DNA of 63,969 bases, filler included, from Octopus bimaculoides (taxonomy: Eukaryota): NCBI RefSeq assembly GCF_001194135.2. It is 7 parts of 7 records of this genome, joined end to end, with 100 filler letters (N's around TTAATTAATTAA, not from the genome) between each part and the next. Parts side by side here need not be neighbours in the genome. Positions count along the whole stretch, not along the records: positions 61,853 to 63,969 come from NC_068981.1; 6 more parts are not named here. One strand, written 5' to 3'. The translations under genes were made by a program, and so were the position numbers. Positions within the stretch are counted from its first letter, which is position 1. Each line of letters opens with the position of its first letter. The notes beneath the pieces were generated by a model that did not search any database, was not told the origin of the DNA, and saw only the letters and a program-made list of their open reading frames with translations. Positions 63,713-63,969 of the stretch are shown here, piece by piece.

Positions 63713-63969
63713 TACATGCATACACGCACTCATTCATAAATACATACAGGCACAACGCGTATAAAACGTAGGTTCACTGTAAAACTCCTTAGATTCATCG
63801 TTCTTAAATTCCATTGCTAATACACATAGAGAGACAAACATGAGGTTCATTAATCAATTAATGTGTGTGTGTGTGTGTATGTGTATATATAAATAAAAGC
63901 AGAAATATATACGTTTGCTTTTAGGTTGTTAAATTGCGAAGTAGCTACCCATATTGTTTATATATATAT

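Overview
AT-rich, microsatellite-saturated, heavily gapped animal scaffold. It is most consistent with an octopus (coleoid cephalopod) genome; this is a recall-based call from the tRNA-derived SINE families and simple-repeat load, not a database match. Almost every ORF in the supplied track is a microsatellite or N-run artefact, and I see no intact recognisable host gene, rRNA, tRNA or CRISPR array. Manual translation reveals decayed fragments of two Penelope-like elements (GIY-YIG), many R4/Dong-like RLE retroelements sitting in (TAA)n, Tx1-like L1 ends, CR1/L2-type LINE ends, a Gypsy integrase, a mariner with an inverted duplication, a hAT-type MITE, a U6 pseudogene and dozens of SINE copies. 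Most interesting signals: (1) several decayed minimal type-I hammerhead ribozymes plus a set of near-perfect 61-73 bp fold-back repeats, possibly Penelope pLTR-derived non-autonomous elements; (2) a dimeric SINE whose left monomer ends in the same 3' terminus as the local Tx1-like LINE; (3) long hairpins (106-bp arms; an inverted transposase duplication) that would be dsRNA substrates; (4) a chain of minus-strand candidate exons that may be an unannotated gene. All counts and alignments were done by hand.
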